64,000 nt of DNA, from the NCBI RefSeq assembly GCF_036321535.1, contig NC_087436.1:85934001-85998000 (forward strand). Direction: 5' to 3'. Source of the stretch: Camelus dromedarius. Its lineage: Eukaryota. Shown in pieces: positions 48,300 to 60,530 of the stretch. A program made the translations under genes and the position numbers. Positions within the stretch are counted from its first letter, which is position 1, and every line of letters starts with the position of its first letter. The notes under the pieces are model-generated. The model made no database searches and had not been told where the DNA came from. It saw nothing but the letters and a program-made list of their open reading frames with translations.

Positions 48300-48800
48300 T
48301 ATGAAGGAAGGAAAAAAATAAGAAAGAGCACACACAGTCCCATCACCAGAGATAACGACTATTAAACCCTCCACAATTCTGCTTCTAATTTTTTCTCTAT
48401 AAATATAAGTATAGGTAGACACAGAAGATTTTTAAAGCAAAATTTGATGATAAAATACACCTTGTTTTTAATTGGCCCTTTATTTTTCTTTTTTCTTCCT
48501 TTTTCACTTTTTAAAAGCTCAATACATCATAGGCATCATTCTATGTCAACAGGTTTACCTACGTCATCATTCCTACTGGATAATGGCTGCAGATATTCTG
48601 TTGTTTGTATAAACCATGAGAAACCAATTTCCCATTTTTGAACTTTCAGGTAGTTGTAATGTACATGTATTACATATGTGCTATATTTTCTGCATGTGCT
48701 AAATTACTATATACACAATTATATATATCACACAATTATGTAATAATAACCCTTTTAGAAGAATATCTTTGACCATATATCTCTGCTTCCTTGATTGAAA
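48300..48800 (-). mobile_element. Old L1 (L1ME-like) 3' UTR fragment, preceded by an L2 end at ~48160-48270
   Basis: CCCATCACCAGAGATAACGACTATTAA...TAATGGCTGCAGATATTCTGTTGTTTGTATAAACCAT. Confidence 0.6.
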
Positions 48801-49512
48801 TTTTCTCTTACTCTGTATTTCTCTGCAGGAATTGCCCCCATTCCTAAACCTTATACTCTAATCCCTGGAATCAAATCAGCAAAAATTAGAAGTAAATCAA
48901 ATTACTCACACTAAATATTAAAGGATTGGGGGACTTATTTATTTGCTTGCTTATGTGTTTGCTCGTTTACTTATTCATTTATTTGGCAAGATTTGTCAAA
49001 AATGAAATTCATTACTTTTTAAACCAAGATTGTGTATTATGTTTTCAGAGACAAACAAAAGTTTTCTTAGGTGAGTTTTTTAAAAAAGCTACTTTCCATT
49101 TGGATGTAGTGACATATTCTAGGTAATTAAGTATAACGAACCATGCACCGTGGGAAAAAAAACAATCTTGAATCAAAAAGAGAAAAAGGTCTGGCAAAGA
49201 AGAAATGTCTGCAGATTGCTGAAAATGGGGTTTGATAAGTGAGACCTGCCATTCCCCTCTTCTGTGAATAGCAGAAAATCCCATCCGGGACTGAAGATCT
49301 CCCTCCAGGCGAGGTGGGAAGGGCTGGTGCCCTAGTGATTAGCATACGTGTTATTTCCACTTTGGGGCACCTGTGGTTAATGGCCTTTTTTGTCTCAGGA
49401 ATAGCTTTTCTGGCTCCTCCCCAGAAATAGATCATCCTCTCAAAGATACCTCAGTATAAATAATAGAATAATTGTTAAAATGAACAAATGTACTCTCCCC
49501 TGCATTTGAGTG

Positions 49513-49526
49513 GTTGCTATGGTAAC
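49513..49526. promoter_or_regulatory. RFX X-box motif
   Basis: GTTGCTATGGTAAC fits the palindromic X-box GTTRCYATRGYAAC and lies in repeat-free sequence. Function is not shown. Confidence 0.6.
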
Positions 49527-52149
49527 GAGAGAACCACCAGAGCAAATTTCCAACGAGCCTGCCATTCGGGTCCATGAAGGACCCGACTCTGCATCTTTTA
49601 ACCAGGGGCTGCCTTGGCAGCTGAGCTTGTGAGGACCTGTTTTTGTGAAGTTAAAGGACACTTGAACCTCTCAGAGGAGAACTGCCCACCTTCTAAATCA
49701 CAGATCTCTCAGCCTCTCTCTCTGTGATCCCACTTCAGCTACACACTCATTGGTGTCCTAATGGAGTCAGCAGAGACTGATTCAGACCAGTCCCAAGTGT
49801 TCCTAGAAATACTGATGCTAATGAACTAAGGTAATTTACTTGAAACACGCACTTAAAAATCTCTCATCTTTCTGTTTCCAGGTTAGTGTGCTCTTTTCCC
49901 TTTAAGCGGCATAGGAGGCTCTCTATGCCATTGTCATAATCTGCTATATATTTAGGGGCTGGCTGCGTATTGTATCTTTATGTTTTTGTATCTTTCTCTT
50001 TCTTTTTCCCTTCTTCCAAATCTTCTTCCCAAGGACTTGCTTCCATGTCAGCAGTTAATGTCCAGAATATATTCAGGAGATCATTGTTACTAGGATGCAT
50101 AACTGGGATACAGCCTAAAAAAGCCAACAGAAGCAAGAGCTTCGGTGGGGAGAGGGGGAAAGACGAATGCCAAACACACAGGATGTTTCAGTCATGTGTG
50201 ATAACCACAGAAGAGGATCCGTGCATTCCAGGACCCCAGAGTCTCCCAACCAAATTGCCCTTTGCGCTCTGGCCAAATCAGAACCCTTCTTCCCCAACTC
50301 CACCTCATCCCTCAGGCTTTTAATGGCAAAATTCCTCACATCTGGAAGACCCTTGGCTGGTTCTGGAAAAGCACTGGGTCCTCGCTCTGTCTATTTGCCA
50401 GTACTGAGGGGAGGGAGGGGGCTCACTCCTCAAGCCTTAGAGGATCTTAGACCCTTTCAAATCTGATGACAGCTAAAGACTTTGTCCCCAGAAAAGTACT
50501 CAAGCACACACACACACAAGCACAATTTGGCTAAAGTTTTGGTACCATTTCAGAGGATTCATGGATCCCCACTGAAGCCCAGGGTAAGAATCACAGAGCA
50601 AAATGTACTTATCAGGAGGAAGGGGTACCATCCCAGATCCTGGCATCTGGTTTCCTGTCCTAACAACATTTCCTCCAAGAGTGCTGATCAAACTCTTCTT
50701 TGATGCCTAATCTCTGGCTAGAGACCTTGAACTAAAACTAAAGAAAAAGATACAGTCCTAGTTCTGGAGGATTCTGCAGATTAATGAGAGGGATAGGGAG
50801 GCAAATATCTGAATGAACAAATAGAAAATAACAGAGAAGAATAAAGGGGGAAGAAGCTAAGTCACACATGCACACACACAGACACATACTCATATACACA
50901 CACCACAGGAAGGGAGAGACCTGTGCCTGGAATCGGTCACAGAGGTCTTCCCAGAAGAAGCGATTCTTGGTTAAGAATCTAGGTTACAGGTCGCACCAGA
51001 ACACAATGGGAAGGAAATTAGAAACTTTCAAAGAGATTGGACTCGCTGAGGTTAATAGCGTGATGGGTACACTTTCTTCCATATTAAAGCTCTGGTTTGT
51101 TTTCCCCACATCCGGAAATGGCAAGGAGAAAGGATGAAGAGTTTACAGGAAATGAGGAGCTTTTCTATTCGCCTTAAAGTGCTGTGGCTCTGCATATTCT
51201 CTCACCATTTTTAAAACAGTTGTGGAAAACCAACACTGCCAAGAAGCTATTTCCTTGTCACCCGGGGCAGAGTTACTGAAGGCAGAGAAAGGCTCTGTTA
51301 TGGGAAGAGCTCGTGGAAGTATTTCTTAGGCAGAGGGAAAAATAACAAAAGGGTTTTTTCCAACTTAAAATATTTATATGAACAGGAATACTGCGCTCTA
51401 TCAATCTTACACAAGGCTGCAAATCCGGGCACCCTTCCTCGGGGCCAGTCCTCCTCCGACGAGCGGCTGAGCGAGGGAAGGTCAAGTTTATGTAAAAATG
51501 GGTAACCGTCACTTGATTATCCATATGTAACAGTCCTGAGAATGAGGGTCTTGCATATGAAGGATGTGTCATTGGCTTTCCCAAACATCAGGAGAGGATG
51601 TATACTTTAGATAGCATGTTCTGGTTTCTATCATTTTTTTAAAAGATTTTAATACAACCGTCTGGGCTGACCAAATGATTTAGACGAATCTAATCATGGC
51701 TGTAAAAAGAAATCATTGCCTCTTGGAGTTTCACTCTAAGGTTTGCATATCTGAAGTGCAGCAAATGACATTTAAGAAAGATAAAGTTTTCAGAGACATA
51801 GAGGCAAGAACACACCCAATTTAAAGTTCTCCGAGGCAACAACTTGCTCCCAAATTGTGTAGATTAGAGTGCTCTTCATCATTATAGGAATAACCCAAAA
51901 TATCACATGCAAGCCAAATGGGAAAGCGAACAACATTATTAGAACTGGAACATTTCTATTTTTTAATCTGATTTTTCAATTGGTGACATTATTGCTGAGC
52001 AAGGACATTACAAATTGGAAGTTATTCCTAAGGACGGCACGAATGTGCCTATTTGGTTTTGCATTTAATTTAAACTATTTGGAATCACTTGCTGATCCTT
52101 TGGAAAAAGGAAGTAGAAAATGGTCAGAAAACCCTTCTACTGGTCACCA

Positions 52150-53260
52150 AGGGAGGTGTGAGCCAGTGTCTATCTCCACAGCTTGTAGGCTCACTGATGA
52201 CATCCAAACCCCCAGATCAAGCAGCGCTCTCTGATCCTCTTTCTACCCAAACCCTCCACAGCAGCTGACACTGCTACTGCTTTCTTGAAGCTACTTCTCG
52301 GAGTCTGTAACACAACGCCCTATACCGTCTCCTACTCTTATATCCAGTCTTTCTCCATCTCCTTGGCTCTTCTTCCTGTATCCCTCCCGCCCGTCTCAAG
52401 TGTGAGTCTTCACCCACATTTCCATTCTTGACTGATTTCTCTTCTCATTCTGTACACTTTCCCAGGTTGATCTTAACCATTCCGGGATTTCAACTATGTC
52501 TCATGAGCCAACATTTCCAAAACTCAACTCCAGCCCCACTTTCCCTCCTGAGTATCCAGCCCAAATTTCCATTTTCCACCAGAAACATTTTCACTTGGAT
52601 GTCCCACAGGTCTCTGAGACATCAGCACAGCTGGAATAATGACTCACTTTCTTCACCCTCAAACTTGCTAGTCCCCCTACATTTCCTTCCTTGTTTAATA
52701 TCACTACCATCCACTCACTCGTTTGACAAATGTTTATCGAGCACTTCCTATGTGCCAGTCACTGTTCCAGGTGCTTGGGACACATCAGTGTACAAAACCA
52801 AGACCCCTGCTTTCATGGAGCTGACGTTCTAGTGGAGTATCCCACCCAACACACGCCAGAAGCTTTGCAATCTGTCCCTGACTTTCCCTCTCCACTGCCA
52901 TGGTCCTAAAAGGGTTATTTTCATCTCTACTTCCTATCTTACAACAAACACATAACTGCCTCCTTCTCTTCCTACCTCTGTTTCTCCTCTACATTATTAT
53001 CAATAAGATTTTTCTTAATTACCAAGTCACTTAGGGCTTCTATGGTTTTTCATGGCCAACAGGATAAATTCGAAGTGAAGCCATGTGCAGCCTTCTTTTT
53101 TCTTCCCATTGCTTGTACCCTTACTCACTCAGAATCCTGTGTGCTCCTCCCCAGACGCTTCGAGTCCTTCCCCACCTCTGCGCCTCCTACAGAGCAGGAA
53201 AATGTCCCCATCACCATCTTCTTTCCTAGTTCAGAAATGATCACTGCAATAGTTACTGTG
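52150..53260 (+). mobile_element. Long L2 fragment, with an antisense L2 3' end nested at ~52705-52835
   Basis: Pyrimidine-rich L2 body (CCAGCCCCACTTTCCCTCCTGAGTATCCAGCCC...TTTTCACTTGGATGTCCCACAGG). Nested copy ACAAATGTTTATCGAGCACTTCCTATGTGCCAG...CCTGCTTTCATGGAGCTGACGTTCTAGTGG. Confidence 0.8.
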
Positions 53261-53420
53261 TAATACGTGCTCATCTAACTGCCAGAGGCTGTGCATAAAC
53301 TTTACATATACTTAAATCGCTGCGACAGTCCTGTGAGGTAGGTGCTGTGATTATCAACTTTGTTTTACAGCAGAGGAAAGTGATGCTCAAAGATATTAAA
53401 TAACTTGTCTGTTACACAGC
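53260..53420 (-). mobile_element. MIR SINE
   Basis: GACAGTCCTGTGAGGTAGGTGCTGTGATTATC...TTTTACAGCAGAGGAAAGTGATGCTCAAAGATATTAAATAACTTG. Confidence 0.8.
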
Positions 53421-55929
53421 CATAAACTCTTCCAAAGCCCTGGCTTTCTGCATAAGGATGGACTCCCCCAGCCCTGATACCTTGCACATGTTAGAGTCTC
53501 ACTGAATTCTGATTAAATGATTGAATTTTTGCTCTCTTATATCTGCATCTTTTGTTGGAAGCTGCCAATAATATCTTAGGAAGTGGATAAGGTATAAATT
53601 CCAATCGAAATGAGTTTAATTAACAGGGATATCTTGGCACACTCTCTTCAAATCTCAGAATTACAGTCCTTCCAAGGTTGGTGAGACATTTTCTCCTCTG
53701 CTTCCCATCTTAACTTCAGAGCATGCCTTGGAGGCTGTCAGAAGTCAGAGGGGATGGAGATAAAGGGATAGAAGTCATCCTGGAGGGGGAAGACGATGGT
53801 CCCATCTAATGCCCCAAGAAAAAACAGACCCCTGCCTCACAGCCCACACTAATTTCCTCCCCATGTCTTGGCTTCTTTCCTCTAACTAGTCTGGCTAGAG
53901 TGACGATAATTATGGGCAAAAGTAACAAGGGAAAATGTATGAGTTCTCCCTGTCCTAATTCTGGAAGCCCAGGCCCGGCTGATAACTTGGAGAGACCCTC
54001 TGGGAAAGCAGCCAGGTTGGGAAAAATTATGGGCAGTTCCAGGTCAGAGATTTCCCGTGCTAATCTCAAATCCAAGTATTTTGCCCTTGTTTTACTCCCT
54101 GTAACCTAGTGTTTTATTCAAACATTATGGAGTTTCCCATGGCCCCACAAGCAAGTCAGAGGGCAGAAAGAAACCTCCATGGTTTCCCTATCTGAGAACT
54201 GGTGGCCCTCATTTCCACTACACCTGTTGACACAGCCCTGCAAACGTTATCCCGTGAGACAGGCCAGCTGCTTCTGCCCGTGACAGACAGGCCCTAAAGC
54301 AGGTGTCCCCAAACCTCTTCTCAAGGTGGGCCTGTTCAGAGGTCAAAAAGGTAACCTCCATGAAAGAAGCTACCAACCCACTCTATGTCAATTTACCCAC
54401 TTACCAGACCTCTCTTAGGCCCGGGGACAGGAATTCAAACTGGCTTTAATAAGAGGCGCAAGCAGAAAAAGAGGGAAAAAGCCGGGTGATTGTGACAACA
54501 GGAGATGTCGCCGGCAACTGATAACTGATTTTGATGAAATATGCAGGCGTGTGTGAATAAAATAAATATCAAGGTGATTAGTACTTAGATTCTCAAGATT
54601 TGGGGCCAGAGTGGTGGGTGGCAAGAGTGTTAACAGAATGGTAAAACCTTCAGCTATGCTTTTCTGATCATTCTTCAGTTTCTAAAGAGTTATACACAAG
54701 TGTATGGTTTCAGGGACTCCTCAGTTTTATTAAATAATGAGCTGTTTCAGACCCTTCGGTTACCCTGACAAGCTTGGGAGCCTGGAATCCTGCTAGGGTT
54801 GCCTTAGGCTCTGCAAGAATCAGATCCAACATTACATTTTTTTTGCTTCAATCTTTTATGGATATGATGATGCTGATTTTTAATATAGATCTTTTTACGA
54901 TGAGTCTGAGGGTGGCAGAATGACTTTTATGAGGACAAACCTGGTTGCTATGTATGTAATTCATTGGGGCTTTTAATATGTAGAAATATGATTGCTTGTC
55001 TAGCGTGGGGACTTTTTTTTATTGCACATTTAAGTTTGTTTATGAAATCCTCTTGGCACCAGATAACATTGCTGGATGATAAGAGCAGGGAGTGTTTATG
55101 TGACCTTGTGGAGATAATGCTTGGGGCTTGAGGGTCTCTTTTCCTAAGCCCTCGCTTAGTAGAGGACATGCAATGACTCCACACAAAGAGAGTGTCATCT
55201 GCTGATGTACAGAAGCGGCTTACGAGCTTCATAAGCACAGTGAACGGGTGGGTGGGTCCATTTCTTCCTCATTCTGGGAACCCTGAGACCCCAAGCTCAC
55301 CATATCACAGGGCAGGCCAGCTTTCTCCTGAACCATGGAAGACCTCCATGGAGGTGGGGGTGCAAAAGTGTAGGTGTACTGTCCAAATGTGCAAACCCAA
55401 GGGAATCAGTCAGACAAACTGTCACAATAGAAGCTGCAGGCAGAGTTTCCAGAGCCCCACCAGGCAACTCACTGTGGGACTTGCCAGCCTCGAAGAAGGC
55501 ACATTCCTAATCTCTGCCCCCTCCCTGTAATAAAATGTCAGGTACCACTACTCAGGTGCTCTGACTGTTTCTTGGACATCATTCAACACTCTGCATACCT
55601 TCCTTCATCAGTTCCTACTGTAATCCAGATGGAGGGGGAAATAGAGGTTTCTGGAGGCTAAGTCGCTGGCCGAAGGTCACGTGGTGCCTGGGCTTCTAAC
55701 CCTAAACATGTCCTGAATCTGGTCTCATGACACCAGATGACAACCTGGGTACCTGTCTTCTCCAAACTCAGTGTGTCATCATCTTTCCTCCCAATTTGCA
55801 ACTTCCTCCTCATTATCTCAATTCAGGCCCTTCCCTCAAAATTTTGATCTGTATAATTGTCTCCTTATCAATGTCCCTGCCACCAGTCTCTCTTCCCTCA
55901 TCTGTCTCCTATACAGTTTGCTTGCTCTT

Positions 55930-56496
55930 TCTTTTTAAACATACATATATATACATATATTTTGTTGAATTATAGTAAGTTTACGTTGAGTTAGTTTCTG
56001 GTGTACATCATAGTGATTCAGTTTTATATATATATATATGTATATTCTTTTTCATTACAGCTAATTATAAGATATTAAATATAGTTCCCTGTGCTATACA
56101 GTAGCACCTTGTTGTTTATCTATTTTATATATAGAAGTTAGTATCTGCTAATCCCAAACTCCTAATTTATCCCTCCCCACCCTTTCCCCTTTGGTAGTCG
56201 TGAATTTGTTCTCTGTGTCTGTGAGTCTGTTTCTATTTTGTAAATAAGTTCATTTGTGTCATTTTATAGATTCCACATATAAGTGATAGAATGACATTTG
56301 TCTTTCTCTGTCTGGCTTACTTCACTTAGGATAATAATCTCTAGGTTCATCCACGTTGCTTCAAATGGCATTATTTCATTCTTTTTTAATAGCTGACTTG
56401 TATTCCATTGCATATATAAACCACATCTTCTTTATCCAGTCATCTGTCAATGGACATTCCGGTTGCTTCCAGGTCTTGGCTGTTGTAAATAATGCC
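55930..56496 (-). mobile_element. 5'-truncated lineage-specific L1 (end of ORF2 plus 3' UTR), inserted in an L2
   Basis: Antisense L1 3' end with (TA)n. TSD GTTTGCTTGCTCTT (55916-55929) / GTTTGCTTGATCTT (56497-56510). Confidence 0.93.
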
Positions 56497-56554
56497 GTTT
56501 GCTTGATCTTAATGTGTCGTGTCACTACCTCATGTTCCCAGCCCACAGTCTTCA

Positions 56555-56775
56555 TGGGCAGTCAGTGTATGTGATCGAAAAGGCACGAGGTTTAATGCCA
56601 CACAGTCCTGGGTGCCACTCTCAACTCTGCCTTTTATTCTCAGGTGATCGCTGAGCCTCAGTTTTCTCTGCTAACCTCCAAGAGCTAGTGTGAAGATAAA
56701 ATATACTAATATATGTAAGGTGTCTAATACCAGCCTTGACCTAAAATTGTCAGTGCTTCATAAATATTAGTTTGC
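56555..56775 (+). mobile_element. MIR SINE, with L2 sequence continuing on both sides (~55730-55915, ~56780-57270)
   Basis: CTGAGCCTCAGTTTTCTC...GTGTGAAGATAAAAT...ATATGTAAGGTGTCTAATAC...ATAAATATTAGTT. Confidence 0.75.
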
Positions 56776-57799
56776 CTCCTTTCAAAAAGCCCTCGCTGCC
56801 CCATGGATAAATTCAACCCTGGAAACTACAATACATCTCCAGTCTCCCTTCCTTTCTGATTACCGCTCAGCTGCACAAAGCCGCTCTTCTGGGCAAACCC
56901 TCCTTGGACCTTTCCCCTTCCTCCCTAACCACTATCGTGTACTGTGGTCCATGCCATCCCTTTTCTCCATCAACCAAAAACTTACCCATCCTCAGGGTGA
57001 AAGGGGGTCTGCCTCCTCCGATTGTGCCCCTGGACTTCTCTCACCAGGGGAGCTTCTTTTCTCTCCTAGATGCAACAGAACAGGTCTGAGTCCCCCATTC
57101 AGGCACTAATCTCTGCTATATTTTGATTTTGTGATTCTCCCTGCATCTCTGTGTTCTCTCTCTAACTGTATCATAAGCATCTTGGAGGCAGGACCCAGGC
57201 TTCTGCCTCTGCTTCCCCACACTGCCTTCCCTGTCTTCTCCACCAAATTAGTGCCTAATGACTGTGATTGAAAGGCCGAGTCACGTGTGAGACAGGGTGT
57301 GAGTATGTCTGGGCGTGTCTCACTCCCCACCCCTGCCCTCAGTCATGCGTGGTCTGCCTGTGACTCCCTAGTTCCCACAATCCCCACCAGGGCAGGACAA
57401 CGCCGGCTGCTTGCTTGGCCCATCACAAAGACAGATAGATGTTTAAATAAATGATGTAGCTGATGATGACAGGCTTCAAGAGAACTTTAAAAAGGATGAG
57501 CTATTACTACCCTGGTTCTCATCTTCCCAAGTAACATCTTTACAGTCCCTGCCAGGCCCCTGGTAATGAATTTCTTCGATGTCCAAAGCAGTGCTGGGAG
57601 AATTAATCACCTCCAGGCTCAGGTGGAATGCGGCTGGAGGCTCAGAAGCAGTATCTTGTTTCATGCTGCCATGTCTCTCCTGCCAGATTGTAGGTCACCT
57701 GAGGAGCAAGGCTGCAGCTTGTGTGTCTTCTGTCTTTGACCCAGGCTGTCACAGTGCTTTGCATATAGTTGGTATCTTGTGGCTGTCATCCTAGTCAAA

Positions 57800-58225
57800 T
57801 ATGGCTTTTCCTAGAATTGTACTGGAATCCCTCCATTTCTTGAATTGCACTGGAATCCTCCTCCCACCCCCCACTCCCTACTTCTTGGAATTGCACTGCC
57901 AGCTCCCTTGGGAATGGGTGGGGCAGGTGACCGGTGCCCAGTGAGTGGCAGGTACAGTGATGAGGGCCACTTCTAGGCTGAGGCACCTATTTGCTGGTTT
58001 CAAACCATCCATAGCTCTCTTTTTCCGCTGGTCATGAGTAACAACAGTATTTCAGATGATAGCTGCCCCATCCCCAGGGTCACTGAGTTGCTTCGATGAG
58101 CAGAGCCCCCTTGCCAGCCCTCCATGGGTACATAACATGAACAAGAAATGAACCTTTTCTGTCTTAAGTCACTGAGATTTAGAGATTGTTATTGCAGTAA
58201 ATCTGGCCGATCTCTACCGATATGC
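57800..58225 (+). mobile_element. MaLR LTR (MLT1J-like)
   Basis: GCCACTTCTAGGCTGAGGCA...GAGCAGAGCCCCC...ACATAACATGAACAAGAAATGAACCTTTTCTGTCTTAAGTCACTGAGATTTAGAGATTGTT. Confidence 0.75.
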
Positions 58226-58454
58226 TCAAAAAGCATTTATTGAAGGGAAGAAGAAAGGAACTGGGGGTAAAATGCAGTAGATTTGTACGTTTTACAAAGT
58301 CTTTTATGAAAGTTAAAAAAGCAATTCATATTAAGGAGAATATTTGCTGAGACACTTGCTCCTTTCCAGAGTTGGCATTTAAATACCAAATAGGAAGTCC
58401 AGTAATTGGACAAGGCAGCAAAGGAACTCATAAAAAAATAACCATTAAATAAGA

Positions 58455-58680
58455 ATTAATAAGAATTACTGTCATGTATTGAATGCTTGCTATATTCCGG
58501 GCACTGTACTGAAGCGGTGCATAATTGTCCCATTTTGTTCTCACTTTGACTTAATGAGACAGTTATCTGTGCAACATGTTCCCCTTCTGCAGATGATAAA
58601 GCTAAAATAGGGAGACACAAGAGAACTTGTTCAAGGACACACAGGTAGTGAGTGACAAGACCCTGCATCGAACACTCTGG
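58455..58680 (-). mobile_element. MIR SINE
   Basis: GTATTGAATGCTTGCTATATTCCGGGCACTGTACT...TGCAGATGATAAAGCT...AACTTGTTCAAGGACACACAGGTAGTGAGTG. Confidence 0.8.
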
Positions 58681-59124
58681 AGAGGTGATTTCCATTCCGT
58701 CGGAAACTGCCCGGAATTCCCCACGGGCTCTATCCGGAGGACACAGAGTTGAGCCATGAGATTGGTGCACAGTCGAGAGCTCATCTGAATGATCTACTTC
58801 TAAACATAACGTCAGTGTATTTATCTGGATGGGCACTCTGCAGCGAACCCGACATCATCTCATTTCAGCAGCTCTGATTTCTATATTCGTAGGCTTCCCA
58901 TATGGAATGATTCTCAGCTAAGACCTTAAGGACAAGTAAGTGTTAATCAGGGAAAAGGGCCGGGAGCCAGCAAGGGATGGAGGGGGCGGTTCCAGGAAAG
59001 TAACAGAGGGAATACAAGTGTTTACAGGCTGATTTCTTCTGAGGGCACCTGAGTGAAAGATGAGAGCAACCATCCAATGTAGAGTCTCTGCCTCTGTTTT
59101 CTCAGCTGTGAAATGAACTGGCAG

Positions 59125-59360
59125 ATAATAGTAATGAACATCTGCTGAGTGTATACTGTATGCCGAGCGTTATTCTAAGTGCTTCATATATATTAAATTA
59201 TCTATGTCTGAAACAACCCTATGAAGCAGGCACTATTATTTATCTCCACTTCACAGGTGAGGAAACTGGGGCAAAGTAATTTTCCCAAGATTGCACAGCT
59301 AGTAAGTGATGATGAAGCTGGGAATTGAACCCAGAGCCCACACTAACCACTGTGCTCTGA
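59125..59360 (-). mobile_element. MIR SINE
   Basis: TATTCTAAGTGCTTCATATATATTAA...ACAACCCTATGAAGCAGGCACTATTATT...ACAGGTGAGGAAACTGGGGC. Confidence 0.9.
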
Positions 59361-59464
59361 GTTGTAAAATGTAAGTTCCCTGAAGGCAGGAGGTTTTATC
59401 TATCTGGTTTGCAGCTGAATCCCTGATATCTAGAACACTGTAGCATGCCTTCCATAAGCAGTAC

Positions 59465-59800
59465 TTTTGTTTTTTTTTAATTGATGTATAGTCAGTTTTT
59501 ACAACATTGTGCCAATTTCTGGTGCACAGCATAATGCTTCAGTCATACATATACATACACATATTCCTTTTCATATTCTTTTTTATTGTAGATTACTACA
59601 AGATATTGAATATAGTTCCCTGTGCTATACAGTATAAACTTGTTGTTTATCTATTTTATATATAGTAGTTAGTATCTGCAAATCTCAAACTCCCAGTTAA
59701 TCCCATCCCACCCCCTTCCCCCACCTCCACAGGTATCCATAAATTTGCTTTCTATGTTTGTGAGTCTGTTTCTGTTTTATAAATAAGTTCACTTGTGTCA
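59465..59800 (-). mobile_element. Lineage-specific L1 3' UTR inserted in an L2 3' end (L2 at ~59365-59460 and 59803-59818)
   Basis: Poly(T), TTGATGTATAGTCAGTTTTTACAACATTG...CCCTGTGCTATACAGTATAAACTTG. The L2 tail GTTGAATGAATGAAT resumes afterwards. No clear TSD. Confidence 0.9.
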
Positions 59801-60019
59801 TAGTTGAATGAATGAATAATACCAGTAAGTATTCAAGTAAAATATTGTAGTTTTGCTTCCTTAAGAATTCTACAATTCATTTTTTCTTCAAAGTTATTTA
59901 TGTAACGATGTAAACCTACTCTAAACCCTGCCAGAACAATCCATCGGGATTTATCAATCACATACACATCGGGCATTCCACCTCTTCTTTAAAATGTAAT
60001 TCCACTCCATTCCATTCCA

Positions 60020-60530
60020 TGAAATCCAGCAAATATTCATTGACCCCCTGCTATGAGCCAGGGTTGCAAAGAATAGGCTCAGACATCAAGATGGGAGCTC
60101 ACAGTCCAGCAAAGGAGCAGATATGTGAGCAAAGAGTAACAATACTGTCTGACAGTGTTATAATAAAGAAATTCCTGAAGACTTTTGTAAGGTAGGTACG
60201 CAAGCTCAAATTCTCCTGCAGTAAGAGTGTCTCCTGGAGGGAGCTCCGGCAGGATGAGCTGGAGAAGACCAAAGACACAACTTGTGGAATGGCGTTGCAG
60301 CACTGGACAGCATAAGCAAAGACACGTGGTGTTGAGATGCATGAGCCCCAAGCTGTCAAATGTAATTCAAGCCTAAGTGTGCAACCGACAAGGGACCAGG
60401 AAAGTATGGTGAGGTGGGTTTGGAAGAGATTTGCATGCTAAGAAATATGTGCTTTTTCCTGGGATGATGTCCTGGGAGCCATCAGATTTTAAGCAGTATG
60501 GTGACAATGATCAGAGGAGATAGAGGTGGA
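60020..60530 (-). mobile_element. L2 3' portion
   Basis: CAGCAAATATTCATTGACCCCCTGCTATGAGCCAGG...GGAGCTCACAGTCCAG...GGGAGCCATCAGATTTTAAGCAG...ATGATCAGA. Confidence 0.75.

Noticed and set aside
7600..49450. Chain of minus-strand exon candidates as one protein-coding gene
   Set aside because: Phases do not connect beyond the first pair: 37144, 19429 and 12593 each need a phase-1 entry but exit in phase 2. No peptide is recognisable.
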